64,000 nt of DNA from a virus (lineage: Duplodnaviria > Heunggongvirae > Uroviricota > Caudoviricetes). Positions 9,654-18,807 of this stretch are shown in pieces. Under the pieces are notes generated by a model, which saw only the letters and a list, made by a program, of their open reading frames with translations, ran no database searches and had not been told where the DNA came from. The position numbers were made by a program, and so were the translations under genes. Every line of letters begins with the position of its first letter. The stretch's first letter is position 1. The stretch lies in the IMG/VR virus record IMGVR_UViG_3300017792_000001, positions 40,697 to 104,696 of that record; one strand, given 5' to 3'.

Positions 9654-10090
9654 CGAAGCGTGAAATGAAGACAGACCACGTGTTGGTGTTTCACCACCGT
9701 ATTGATCTGGCGCACTACATGGAACACTACATGAACCACGATCAGGTTCAGTCGATGAATGAGTGCGTTCAGGTTCTCGGTTTCGACGGTGTGCTGTACA
9801 AGGTACTAGTCGCCAAGCTGTACCCGTCGTATCCTGGCTGCATCGAAGAAACAGACGGCCCGCTTCTTCCACTTCTGTGGCGCACTAAGCTCGCTGCTGC
9901 ATACCGCGTCGAAGACAACAAGCTGGTTGAGATTCCTGGACCAGAGGCGAATAGCATCTACTTGCGAATCTCCAGCGACAAGAGCGCTGCACTCGGCGAG
10001 TATCTTGCCACGATCGTTCCGCAGTTCAAAGTCTTCTCCGGACGTTTCGGGTTTCAGCTAGGCCGCAAGAACATTGTCAGTACCGAATAG
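9650..10090 (+). CDS. hypothetical protein
   Basis: ATG 9650 after GGAGG; overlaps upstream stop. Confidence 0.5.
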   Translation: MTKREMKTDHVLVFHHRIDLAHYMEHYMNHDQVQSMNECVQVLGFDGVLYKVLVAKLYPSYPGCIEETDGPLLPLLWRTKLAAAYRVEDNKLVEIPGPEANSIYLRISSDKSAALGEYLATIVPQFKVFSGRFGFQLGRKNIVSTE

Positions 10091-10098
10091 AGGTAACC

Positions 10099-10638
10099 AT
10101 GAACACTCAAATGCGTCGCATCACCGTAGTACCAAACGAAGGCTTTCATGTCCGGTTCTATAGCCCAGAGAAAGACAGCGCATACTTCTCTGTGAAGACT
10201 CTCGGTGATAAGGCCGAGAAAGAAGCCATCAAGTGGCGTGACAAGCGCGAAAAGGAAATGGGTATCAGCGCTGATGATTACGGTACCCGCCGGCCCCGTG
10301 CTGTTCACGCCAACAGCAAAGCAGACACTGGTGTGTTTGTCGCAATCGGTACCAAAGGTAAGCGCTTCTATGCCGATGTCATGGGCGTGCTCAACTACAC
10401 TGAGAACGGTAAGTCAAAGCGTAAACAGAAAGCAGTGTCGATCTTGCGCAACGGCTATCACGCTGCCTACATCAAAGCGCTGCAAGAGCGTTGCACTATG
10501 GCGGGTCTGCCCCTGCCAGAGAAAGTCAAAGTACCAAAGCTGACTGACCAGCAGATTGATATACTGGTTGCTCACGGCGCCTCGGTTAAGAGCCTGACCG
10601 AACTCGCTGTCGTTCCATGGACTGGCAAGCTCGCATAA
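10099..10638 (+). CDS. hypothetical protein, possible AP2-like DNA-binding repeats
   Basis: Two segments (HVRFYSPEKDSAYFSV ... AIKWRDKRE and GVFVAIGTKGKRFYADVMGV ... AAYIKALQE) resemble AP2/integrase-type beta-beta-beta-alpha DNA-binding modules; weak. Confidence 0.4.
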   Translation: MNTQMRRITVVPNEGFHVRFYSPEKDSAYFSVKTLGDKAEKEAIKWRDKREKEMGISADDYGTRRPRAVHANSKADTGVFVAIGTKGKRFYADVMGVLNYTENGKSKRKQKAVSILRNGYHAAYIKALQERCTMAGLPLPEKVKVPKLTDQQIDILVAHGASVKSLTELAVVPWTGKLA

Positions 10639-10682
10639 CAATTTATAAGCGAACACGAACATGACATTACGGAGTATCGAAC

Positions 10683-11243
10683 ATGCACCTTGTACTATCG
10701 GCCCAAGTGCCATCGAAAACTTCATGGGTTCAGGGTAATGAAATCAAGCCACTCCTGAAGGCATTAAACATTCCACCTCACGGCATCAAAGAGCTAAGTG
10801 ATGGTGTTGTACCAGATGCGCTGCTCCGCTTCATCAACTGTCGGCGGCTAAAGAAGTTCGGTAGCATCCGGTTGCGTCTCAGTGATCTTGGGGAAGACAC
10901 TGATCGGTACGTGACCATGCACTATCTGGTACGCGAGCGCCAAGAGAATGATCTGCGCGCCGCACTCGAAAGCTGGAAGGAACAAAAGCTGGTTGTCAAA
11001 GTGCGACCAGCAGCCACGGTACGCTCGTTCTGTTTCTGCATTGATCTGGACGAGGAGTGCATGTTCTGGGTAAGTCCACAAGGACGCGCCCTGATTGAAA
11101 GAACGCTGCCTGAATCGGCGCGTATGTTTCGCACTGCCTGCAAACCTGTGAGGCCCACTGCTGTCACACTTGCAGGCATACTGAACGAAGAAACCAAGGT
11201 CGTTGAAGATCATTGGTCTCGAATGGAGAAACAGGATGACTAA
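10683..11243 (+). CDS. hypothetical protein
   Basis: 186-aa ORF with RBS ggagtatcgaac ATG. Confidence 0.5.
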   Translation: MHLVLSAQVPSKTSWVQGNEIKPLLKALNIPPHGIKELSDGVVPDALLRFINCRRLKKFGSIRLRLSDLGEDTDRYVTMHYLVRERQENDLRAALESWKEQKLVVKVRPAATVRSFCFCIDLDEECMFWVSPQGRALIERTLPESARMFRTACKPVRPTAVTLAGILNEETKVVEDHWSRMEKQDD

Positions 11244-12183
11244 CAAGCCAAAAGTCGTAATGCAAGAACGTGACCTGTCGATTGACGACCAGATGTTTAA
11301 GCTGCGTGACTGGCCTTCGGAAGACGGTGATGTAACCGAGCAGATGCTCAGGTCTCTCAACGTGCGCCACAATCCGATGTTGCCGCCAAGTACCATGATA
11401 GTCTGCGCACCAACGAGTCCGGACAAAAGCATATTCAATCGGCATATGCGCAGCGCCTTCCCCGGCCACTTCGTTGTGGATGAAGTACATCAGCCGTACA
11501 AGCCGCTTGACCGTTCTCACTTGCATGAGCACCAAGCGCTCGCTATGAGTTGGCTCGACAATCATCCAGCCATGCGCATCGAACTTGATGCGTGCGGCAA
11601 CACATCTATGGTTATTGACACGGAGTCCTACTTCCGTCAGGGTATAAACGCAGCGCGACTGCCGCTGATGGTTCGCCCTCTGCGAGGCATGGGTTTCGGC
11701 GGTCACATGGATCGCGACCACGCTGATTCGTTACGGATAGAAAATCTCCGCCGACTGCGCAATGGCATTCAAGCCTGGGAAGGTGGAGGCTACCTCGAAT
11801 ACCCGAGCATTGGCGGTCAGTTCAAGCTGTTCAGCGAACACTTCGGTGTCAACATAATCTCGGACGAGTACGTCGCACCTCCGAAACCAGAAGCCAAAGA
11901 CTGGGACAAGAACGCCCGTCATTGGTACAAGGCTGCAATGGGTGGCAAGCCGATGATGAACATGGCATTGGCTATGTATCGCTTGCGTCACAAGGACATA
12001 TACAATCCTGAGTTCGACTGGGAGAACCAGTGGGAAGCGCGTCGCCGTCTTGGGTTCATCAAGCACGTCAACGTCGGTACTGTCGGTCATATCGACTGGG
12101 GCAACAATCGCCTGATTCGTCCACGCCCTCAACATCCAGGTCGTCTGGCAGATGCCATTCGTGCCGTGATCGCAAACTACTAA
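11236..12183 (+). CDS. hypothetical protein
   Basis: ORF-track start 11203 is TTG; first ATG is 11236, preceded by ggagaaacagg. Confidence 0.5.
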   Translation: MTNKPKVVMQERDLSIDDQMFKLRDWPSEDGDVTEQMLRSLNVRHNPMLPPSTMIVCAPTSPDKSIFNRHMRSAFPGHFVVDEVHQPYKPLDRSHLHEHQALAMSWLDNHPAMRIELDACGNTSMVIDTESYFRQGINAARLPLMVRPLRGMGFGGHMDRDHADSLRIENLRRLRNGIQAWEGGGYLEYPSIGGQFKLFSEHFGVNIISDEYVAPPKPEAKDWDKNARHWYKAAMGGKPMMNMALAMYRLRHKDIYNPEFDWENQWEARRRLGFIKHVNVGTVGHIDWGNNRLIRPRPQHPGRLADAIRAVIANY

Positions 12184-12204
12184 CTCAAACATGGAAGCCT
12201 AAAG

Positions 12205-12717
12205 ATGTCTCTGCTCAATGCCTTAATTGCCGTTCTAGTTGCCTATGCAATCTCCTGCGTAACCCAAAACAAACTGCTGTCGATGTACGAACTGTTTAGC
12301 AACGAGAAACTTCTGCTGCAAGCCGTAATCGCATTCCTCTCGGCGCTCATTGTCGTGTATGGCATGGAACAGTGGCGCAAACAGCGCAAGTACATCAAGG
12401 CCGCAATGACCATGCGTCGTGCCTCAGGTCTGCGCAAGCACATGATCGAAGGCGTGCAAGGTGGTTCGTTTGCCTATCTCGCCAAGCAAGTGCAGTACGG
12501 TACCGAAGGTGAAGGTAGCTGGTTGCCGCCGATGGCCGAGGTGTATGTGATCTGCGACATGGACGAAGTCGAACTCGATCCAACCCGTGAGCCGACGATG
12601 CTGGTTGTTCCTGTGTTCAAGAACGTCAGCCTCGAACAGCCGAGCATGGCAGTGCAAGTCCCACGCGCCGATCTGTTCAAGCACATTCCACGCAACATGA
12701 TCCCGGAGCTCCTGTAA
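12205..12717 (+). CDS. membrane protein
   Basis: Two N-terminal TM helices (LLNALIAVLVAYAISCV; LQAVIAFLSALIVVYGM). Confidence 0.5.
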   Translation: MSLLNALIAVLVAYAISCVTQNKLLSMYELFSNEKLLLQAVIAFLSALIVVYGMEQWRKQRKYIKAAMTMRRASGLRKHMIEGVQGGSFAYLAKQVQYGTEGEGSWLPPMAEVYVICDMDEVELDPTREPTMLVVPVFKNVSLEQPSMAVQVPRADLFKHIPRNMIPELL

Positions 12718-13232
12718 TGGACAAGCAAGAATACATTGCCCTAGAAACCCTGTACGTCGAAGACGAACATGGTGAGGCGATTGAGTTACCCTTCGGTACC
12801 ATCCTACTGTTTGCGAAGGGTGATCCTGTACCTCAGGTAATGCAGACTGATCTTGGTGCCTGGGGCGTGCGCGCTGGGCATGTGTTGCCCCGTGCCGATG
12901 TTGACCCACGCAAATACTGGATCATGCCTGACGACTTCGCCAAGATGATCAAGAGTGATGCAGCATGGATGATCATCTGCCGCACCATGATCCAAAAGAA
13001 GAAGCGCAGTTTTGGTCTGGCGAAGAAACAGCCGGACAAAAGCATCAAGCCCTACTTCGACATCCGTGACGGCGTGATCACCAAGGTGGAGTTACTCGAC
13101 CGGAATATGGGTGAGGTGCTGATCACGTTCAAAGACGCGCTCGGCGAGAAGACGTTGAAGACCTGGCGTCCGGTTTCGATACTCGACATGGACGAACAGC
13201 GCCTCGTGCGCCCTTACCTAAAGAGGTCATAA
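12717..13232 (+). CDS. hypothetical protein
   Basis: 171-aa ORF, TAATG overlap. Confidence 0.5.
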   Translation: MDKQEYIALETLYVEDEHGEAIELPFGTILLFAKGDPVPQVMQTDLGAWGVRAGHVLPRADVDPRKYWIMPDDFAKMIKSDAAWMIICRTMIQKKKRSFGLAKKQPDKSIKPYFDIRDGVITKVELLDRNMGEVLITFKDALGEKTLKTWRPVSILDMDEQRLVRPYLKRS

Positions 13233-13684
13233 TGAACAAGACCGAATACCTGAAAGCGAAGTTGACCGACGCTATCAAAGACCAGTTTCTGGAGCAGTGC
13301 GAGTCCTGGGGAATTAGCCCGTCAGACGCACTGCGCGATCTGGCAGAAACATTCATCATCGAGCACACCTGTCCGTACAAGGTCGATTGCGAGGTAATGA
13401 CCAAGGGAAATCCGATACTGGTCATGACTATCTCGGGTGAGCATCCGACGGCGATGATCTTCGAACTACCCAATATTCCTGGTTGGACGATTGAGACGAA
13501 ACCAGAGTACCGAGTGCAGATGTTTGGCGAGTCGCGAAGTGCGGCAGTAGTCAATGGTTACTGGGCTGGCGTTTGCACTCCAGATGATCCGACACTTTCT
13601 ATGGGGCGTGTCATCCACGAGTTCACGACGCGCTTCCATAAGATAGCCGCCAAGATGCACCAACTGGACTCCATGTCTGAATAA
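13232..13684 (+). CDS. hypothetical protein
   Basis: 150-aa ORF, ATAATG overlap. Confidence 0.5.
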   Translation: MNKTEYLKAKLTDAIKDQFLEQCESWGISPSDALRDLAETFIIEHTCPYKVDCEVMTKGNPILVMTISGEHPTAMIFELPNIPGWTIETKPEYRVQMFGESRSAAVVNGYWAGVCTPDDPTLSMGRVIHEFTTRFHKIAAKMHQLDSMSE

Positions 13685-13690
13685 CCGTAT

Positions 13691-13802
13691 CTATAATCAT
13701 CACCGTTATCGCTATTGCACTACTGATTGCAGTTGTGATATAATGACTACGTGATAGCTCCCAGAGAGCACAACGTATTGGTTACGCACATAGGTGATGT
13801 TT
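13691..13802 (+). promoter_or_regulatory. conserved early promoter module copy 2: -35 TTGCAC (13715-13720), TGaTATAAT (13736-13744), palindrome ACTGattgCAGT (13722-13733)
   Basis: Same architecture and near-identical sequence as 1579-1695. Confidence 0.6.
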
Positions 13803-14081
13803 ATGACCACGTTCGATCAAAAGCTGAAACAGCGCCAAGTGATGCTGAAAGCCGCGGAAAAGATTGCCGCGAAGTATGACAGCAAGGATGAGTGTGATCG
13901 TTTACTGATGGTGGGCGAACTCACCCAGTTTTACGAAAACTTCTTCCTGAACTGCCGTCGCACCAACATCGCCTTGCTTGTTAGTCAAGGCACGTTGACG
14001 CAAGACGAGGCAGAAAGTCACTTGGAAGCCCGCGCCATCTTCTGCGAGATTCACGGGTTCGATCCGAAATTGTTTGACTGA
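13803..14081 (+). CDS. hypothetical protein
   Basis: First gene after promoter copy 2; ATG 13803 after aggtga; alternative starts GTG 13794 or ATG 13797. Confidence 0.45.
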   Translation: MTTFDQKLKQRQVMLKAAEKIAAKYDSKDECDRLLMVGELTQFYENFFLNCRRTNIALLVSQGTLTQDEAESHLEARAIFCEIHGFDPKLFD

Positions 14082-14482
14082 TGTACCTGCGGGCAACCGC
14101 GTATAAGCTAGGGGCGAGTATGAAGACCATCGAAATGGATAAAGCTCGCAAGATCGAGGAGGCCACGAAGTGCATGATTGCTTCGCTCGATCCAGAGTTG
14201 GCTAAAAAGCTGGTGCTGAAAGAAGGCGAGGTGCATCCGTACCTTGAACTGCCTGGTTGCTTCTACATTCTGCTGGGTGCGTTTGCCATTCACCGAGTGT
14301 ACTACTACCAAGCAGACAGAAATGTTTACGAGGCGTTCTGCACTCGTACCACGCCAGCCGAGCATTTTAAGGAGCGCCTGACTCCAGCCCAAATGCTTGA
14401 TCACATTGCTGAAACTAAGTATCTCTGGCTGCCGAAAGACAGTCCAGGTTTACGTCCAAGCTCAGAGTGGGACGAAGAATGA
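14081..14482 (+). CDS. hypothetical protein
   Basis: TGATG overlap start; alternative ATG at 14120. Confidence 0.45.
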   Translation: MYLRATAYKLGASMKTIEMDKARKIEEATKCMIASLDPELAKKLVLKEGEVHPYLELPGCFYILLGAFAIHRVYYYQADRNVYEAFCTRTTPAEHFKERLTPAQMLDHIAETKYLWLPKDSPGLRPSSEWDEE

Positions 14483-14904
14483 GAGCGCGCAAACACCTAC
14501 GTGAGACGTTCACCGAACTCGACACGTTCACTGATTGCCCAGAAGCGCGTGCGCGTGCTGACAAGGTGATCGCTCGCTTGATTGCCAAGTACGGCCCGCC
14601 GTTTGACTATGGGCGCAACCGTCTGGTATTCGCGAACGACCGCATCGTGTTCAAGTTCCCGCGCAACTGTGACGGTGAAGCTGACAACTGCTGGGAAGGT
14701 AGTTGCTCTGGCCCGACGAAAGCTCGTGGCAAGCGTCTTGAAATAGACGGCTTCATCTGTGTTATGCAAGAACGCCTGCAGCGTATCTACCAAGACGTAC
14801 CACGTCCGAAGACAGTCCCGAAATGGACTGACAGCGTTGACTGTATGCAGGTAGGTTTCGACCGCCAGGGTAAACTCCGCGTCTACGATTTCGGGACAAG
14901 ATAA
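14479..14904 (+). CDS. hypothetical protein
   Basis: ATGA overlap at 14479; ORF-track start 14467 is GTG. Confidence 0.5.
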   Translation: MRARKHLRETFTELDTFTDCPEARARADKVIARLIAKYGPPFDYGRNRLVFANDRIVFKFPRNCDGEADNCWEGSCSGPTKARGKRLEIDGFICVMQERLQRIYQDVPRPKTVPKWTDSVDCMQVGFDRQGKLRVYDFGTR

Positions 14905-15368
14905 TGCACATCATCCGTTGTGAAACAAAACCCCAGCTGCAAACTCTGATCAAGAAGGCCCTGTTTCGTCCGCACTCCGAAACGCTTGGTGATGTTGACG
15001 AATCGGAGCTGTCGCCTGAGCAAGTTTGCGAAATGCTCGGTATCAACCCTGAGTCGTTGCTGGAAGAACGCACCGGCAAAGAAGACCCAGATTTGTTTGA
15101 CGACAATCTGTCGATGATGGAAGTCGAGACCCATGTGCTAACGTGCGACGGCGTTCCGATGTTGAAAGACTTCAAGCCGGGCGTGCTGGTGTTCCATATC
15201 GAAGATGGTTTCGACCGCATGGGCAGCACTTCGCACCATACGTTCCACTACGTTGCGGACGAAGATATGACCTTCGACGCCTGGATGGCTTGGTACAACG
15301 ACATCCAGAAAGAATACGCCAAGAGCAATGCTCTGCGCGACCGTCAATCGAAAATGAACTGGGACTAA
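14904..15368 (+). CDS. strongly acidic hypothetical protein
   Basis: 154 aa rich in D/E; TAATG overlap. Confidence 0.5.
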   Translation: MHIIRCETKPQLQTLIKKALFRPHSETLGDVDESELSPEQVCEMLGINPESLLEERTGKEDPDLFDDNLSMMEVETHVLTCDGVPMLKDFKPGVLVFHIEDGFDRMGSTSHHTFHYVADEDMTFDAWMAWYNDIQKEYAKSNALRDRQSKMNWD

Positions 15369-15372
15369 CATC

Positions 15373-16155
15373 ATGCAAAGCATCGTACAACAACTCGGCA
15401 CTGTGAACTTTCCATTCTTCAACGGTGATCGCATTCACATGCTGACCATCGACCGTGACAAACCTCTGCCGGAAGTCGCAAAGCGCTGGCAGCAAACGAT
15501 TGACGATATGCTGGTGGGTATCGACCACGATGGTCCCGTGTACCTGATGGTTGACCAGAAAGAAGTCAAGGCGAATCAACTGCATCGTCGTGGCGGTCTG
15601 CACATCGACGGCTTCTGGGTCCCAGGCACAATGATCACAGGCGGCCGCTACCCTGAGCAGTACAGCACAATGCTCGCTGGTCATGTTACCGGTGGCGGTG
15701 GCAGTCATCGTACCGGTGGTGATGGTCCTGGTAGACACAGCACGGGTGATGTAGGTCGTCACCATACAAACGATCTGTATGAGGAAGTCATGGGTCGTGT
15801 TCATCGCAAGCAAAAGATTAACGAGCGGTTGAAACACATTCCGAAGAAACCCGAGCAGAATGCAGGCGGCCAGCACGATACTCACCGGACAAACTCAATC
15901 GACTGGCCGAACGAGACCATCATCCTGGCATCGAACATCCCAGCGTGTCGTGCTCTCGTTGGTGACTGGGGCGGTATCATCGGCGAAGGTGGTGATGTTA
16001 GTCACCTCGACCTCAGCCACATGCGTGAGATTCAGTTGCAAGCCGGTATTGCGTATGCCGGTAACGTCACGTTCGTCCACGAAAGTTTGCCGGTGTTGCA
16101 CGACTGCCAGCGTACTGTCGTTCGTCTCAACGTCCCAGGCCACATACTGCACTAA
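15373..16155 (+). CDS. hypothetical protein with Gly/His-rich loop
   Basis: 260 aa; segment HVTGGGGSHRTGGDGPGRHSTGDVGRHHTN; HxD (LHIDG) and distal His motifs. Confidence 0.5.
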   Translation: MQSIVQQLGTVNFPFFNGDRIHMLTIDRDKPLPEVAKRWQQTIDDMLVGIDHDGPVYLMVDQKEVKANQLHRRGGLHIDGFWVPGTMITGGRYPEQYSTMLAGHVTGGGGSHRTGGDGPGRHSTGDVGRHHTNDLYEEVMGRVHRKQKINERLKHIPKKPEQNAGGQHDTHRTNSIDWPNETIILASNIPACRALVGDWGGIIGEGGDVSHLDLSHMREIQLQAGIAYAGNVTFVHESLPVLHDCQRTVVRLNVPGHILH

Positions 16156-16164
16156 GGAGTCACC

Positions 16165-16569
16165 ATGGAAAAGCCAGTACGCACATTGACCGTCATCCGT
16201 TCCACGAACTGCGTTGATCGTCTTGAACTGCTACGCGAACAAATCAAAGAAAGCCTCGACGAGGACTTCGTGACCATCCTGTACACCAACGGTATGCCGC
16301 AAGATCAGGTGTACAGCGCTACCGAGAACCTGCACGGGGCTGCAATGCGTCTGCACACTCGCAGCGACGTTGATGATGTCTACGGTTTGGCACTCGCGAA
16401 CCGTGACGTCGAAGCGAAGGTCCACATTCTGGTCGGTAAGCCTGTGAGTTACGAGCCGACTGCCAGCAGCGTGAATCTCGGTGGTCTGACCATCCCGTTC
16501 GTGGCGGATGAACGTCTCAGCGCTGCCTTCAAGATCGTTGAACGTGTAACTGTCTGCACCGTCGAATAA
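16165..16569 (+). CDS. hypothetical protein
   Basis: 134-aa ORF, RBS aaggagtcacc ATG. Confidence 0.55.
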   Translation: MEKPVRTLTVIRSTNCVDRLELLREQIKESLDEDFVTILYTNGMPQDQVYSATENLHGAAMRLHTRSDVDDVYGLALANRDVEAKVHILVGKPVSYEPTASSVNLGGLTIPFVADERLSAAFKIVERVTVCTVE

Positions 16570-16579
16570 GGAAATCCCA

Positions 16580-17071
16580 ATGACTCTGTTCCAGATATTT
16601 GCTTCATGGTTTGCACGCCCTAAGGAAGAAGACATGGTGATGAACTTTGTCTGCGCCAAGTTGCAAACTGATCACGCGCACGTTCTGGTAACTGACAAAG
16701 CCATGCACCCTGTGTATGAGCGTCTGGCTCGCGGCCTTGTGCAGACTTTCACGGGTGAACTGATCCCGATTGAAAGCTCACTGGAGAACATCCACGGTCA
16801 CGAAGTGATCCTGGCGCACAGCACGTTCAACGCGAATCTGGTGAATCAGGTCGCACAGCGCAGCAACCACATCATCTTGATCGTGGACCGTCTCGACCCA
16901 ACCGCGCTCTATGCAGAACGCCTTGCCGAGATTTGTCGCGATACTGGTTGTGAGATTGACTTTGCATTCATCCGAGAGGAGCGTGCGCAGCAAGTCGCAT
17001 ATAGTTCAACAGAAGGCCGTTACATTGGGCACTACGTCCGCCGGCTGATACGAAAGAGGTTGCTTCAATGA
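16580..17071 (+). CDS. hypothetical protein
   Basis: 163-aa ORF, RBS aaggaaatcccA ATG. Confidence 0.5.
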   Translation: MTLFQIFASWFARPKEEDMVMNFVCAKLQTDHAHVLVTDKAMHPVYERLARGLVQTFTGELIPIESSLENIHGHEVILAHSTFNANLVNQVAQRSNHIILIVDRLDPTALYAERLAEICRDTGCEIDFAFIREERAQQVAYSSTEGRYIGHYVRRLIRKRLLQ

Positions 17072-17601
17072 ATGACCGATTAGCGGTCCTGCTTGAACCC
17101 ACGAAGAACTTCAAACGCTTCGCGGTCGTTGAGCTGGAGGCCGACGTAAAGAAAGGCAAGGTTCGCCACGTCGTACATGAACGTGACCGTGATTGGTACA
17201 CCAACTACGATGTGGTCGAGCTTGACCAGTTCCTCGAAGTTCCACCGATCTACGACTTCTTCAACCAGATGCGCAAACTCGCCACATTCGGCATTGTGTT
17301 CTCTAGCGAGACACAGAAGTTTGTAGTGAGCAGCTTCCGTTTCGGTAAGCCGTGCCGCATCAGTGTCCCGGTGTTCAAGGGCGGTAAAGTTGTCAGTCAG
17401 CGGTTCGTCACCACGACGAAGCACATCAACATCGTGGCTGATACGTTTGAAGAATGCGCGATCAAGCTGTTCCGCATTTGTGTTTCTGGTACGCTGTACG
17501 GCTACTACGCGCAAGGTCGCTTGGAGCGCTTGTACTGGGACACCGAGTTCAACCAGTTTTCAACGCAGCACGTTAGTCGCGACTCAATCAAAGTAAAGTA
17601 A
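17068..17601 (+). CDS. hypothetical protein
   Basis: 177-aa ORF, ATGA overlap. Confidence 0.5.
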   Translation: MNDRLAVLLEPTKNFKRFAVVELEADVKKGKVRHVVHERDRDWYTNYDVVELDQFLEVPPIYDFFNQMRKLATFGIVFSSETQKFVVSSFRFGKPCRISVPVFKGGKVVSQRFVTTTKHINIVADTFEECAIKLFRICVSGTLYGYYAQGRLERLYWDTEFNQFSTQHVSRDSIKVK

Positions 17602-17633
17602 CCGGTTCACCCGGTATAGGCTAAGGAATAACC

Positions 17634-17957
17634 ATGAGTAAGAAATCAGCACACGTCAACAACAAGATGGACGTTCGCATCAATGTTGGCAGCAGGCAGG
17701 TCGAACACATCACCGTGCATCCGAATATGTTTCAAGTCCCACGAGTTGGCGACCGCTATTCGTTTGTCGCGATGACCCGCAAGATCGAAGCCGACCCAGA
17801 CGACTTCAAGCAAGAAGTTGACGCACAGCACGTAGGCAATGTGATTGCCGTAGAGTTCTCCAACGCTGTCGTGCGTACCAAGACTGGTGGTCGCTACGCA
17901 ACAGAGTTGCTGCAAGGCGTAACGATCACTTTGCAAGATCCGGAGTTGGGCGCATGA
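17634..17957 (+). CDS. hypothetical protein
   Basis: Preceded by conserved leader gtataggctaaggaataacc (17614-17633). Confidence 0.5.
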   Translation: MSKKSAHVNNKMDVRINVGSRQVEHITVHPNMFQVPRVGDRYSFVAMTRKIEADPDDFKQEVDAQHVGNVIAVEFSNAVVRTKTGGRYATELLQGVTITLQDPELGA

Positions 17958-18316
17958 AACTCGACATCGGATTTGCAACAGTACCACCTGACACCTTCCT
18001 TGTCCACGGTAAAGAGGTTAGTTCAGTCTCGATACCAAAAGGTGTGCAGGTAGCCGCATTCGAATCCACCGCTGATATGCAGCCGGCTGGTATTCGTGGC
18101 GACACCATCATCGGTGTTAGCAGTGGGATGTCTACCTCTGTAGGTTGCGACATTGTTTTCAGGGTAGAGCAGGACAAGGAGCTTGTTGAAGCATTGGCAA
18201 GTGACCTGAGGGACAGGTTGAAACAAGCGGGCTTTACGACTCGCATGTGGTTGTTGAACAAAGCAACTGACAAATACACCTATGCCTACATCCGCGCCCT
18301 GGAGCAAACAACATGA
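17954..18316 (+). CDS. hypothetical protein
   Basis: 120-aa ORF, ATGA overlap. Confidence 0.5.
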   Translation: MKLDIGFATVPPDTFLVHGKEVSSVSIPKGVQVAAFESTADMQPAGIRGDTIIGVSSGMSTSVGCDIVFRVEQDKELVEALASDLRDRLKQAGFTTRMWLLNKATDKYTYAYIRALEQTT

Positions 18317-18807
18317 GCAAAGACATCACCTACCCGTTTGCAAGCGCACTGCACATGGAAGGAAAGTTTGACGGGATCGAACTACCAGCTGGCCCGTTCA
18401 TCACGAACGCACTGAGCACTGGCACAAGCAACATGGTGCCGCAGAAGGTTGACATCCAAGGTCGCCTGCACTTCTCGGTGTTCAACGCAGCACACGCACT
18501 GCCGATTAGCGACTTGGTGTTCCGAGTTGACGCACCTTCGGATGATGTTACCTACGCCGAGAACCTGGTCAAGACATTTGTTGAGCAGCTAAAGCCGCGT
18601 CTCGGTGAAGCGCAACACATGCAGGTGAGGCACTTGACTAACCACGTCATTCATTACTACGTGGTTCGGATATTCTTCAACAAGGATTTCAAGTGTACGC
18701 ACCACCCTGAAATGAAACTCGGTGAGCCGACGCGACCGTACTTGTGCCCTGCGTGCGGCACGATGCAAATCTCCGGCTTGCCTCATATCGAGGACACATC
18801 AGAATGA
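18313..18807 (+). CDS. CxxC zinc-finger protein, paralogue A
   Basis: C-terminus RIFFNKDFKCTHHPEMKLGEPTRPYLCPACGTMQISGLPHI. Confidence 0.5.
   Translation: MSKDITYPFASALHMEGKFDGIELPAGPFITNALSTGTSNMVPQKVDIQGRLHFSVFNAAHALPISDLVFRVDAPSDDVTYAENLVKTFVEQLKPRLGEAQHMQVRHLTNHVIHYYVVRIFFNKDFKCTHHPEMKLGEPTRPYLCPACGTMQISGLPHIEDTSE

Noticed and set aside
8766-9872. 368-aa minus-strand ORF in the early region
   Set aside because: Antisense to two coupled plus-strand genes; the entire 0-37.8 kb block is otherwise unidirectional and terminator-bounded.
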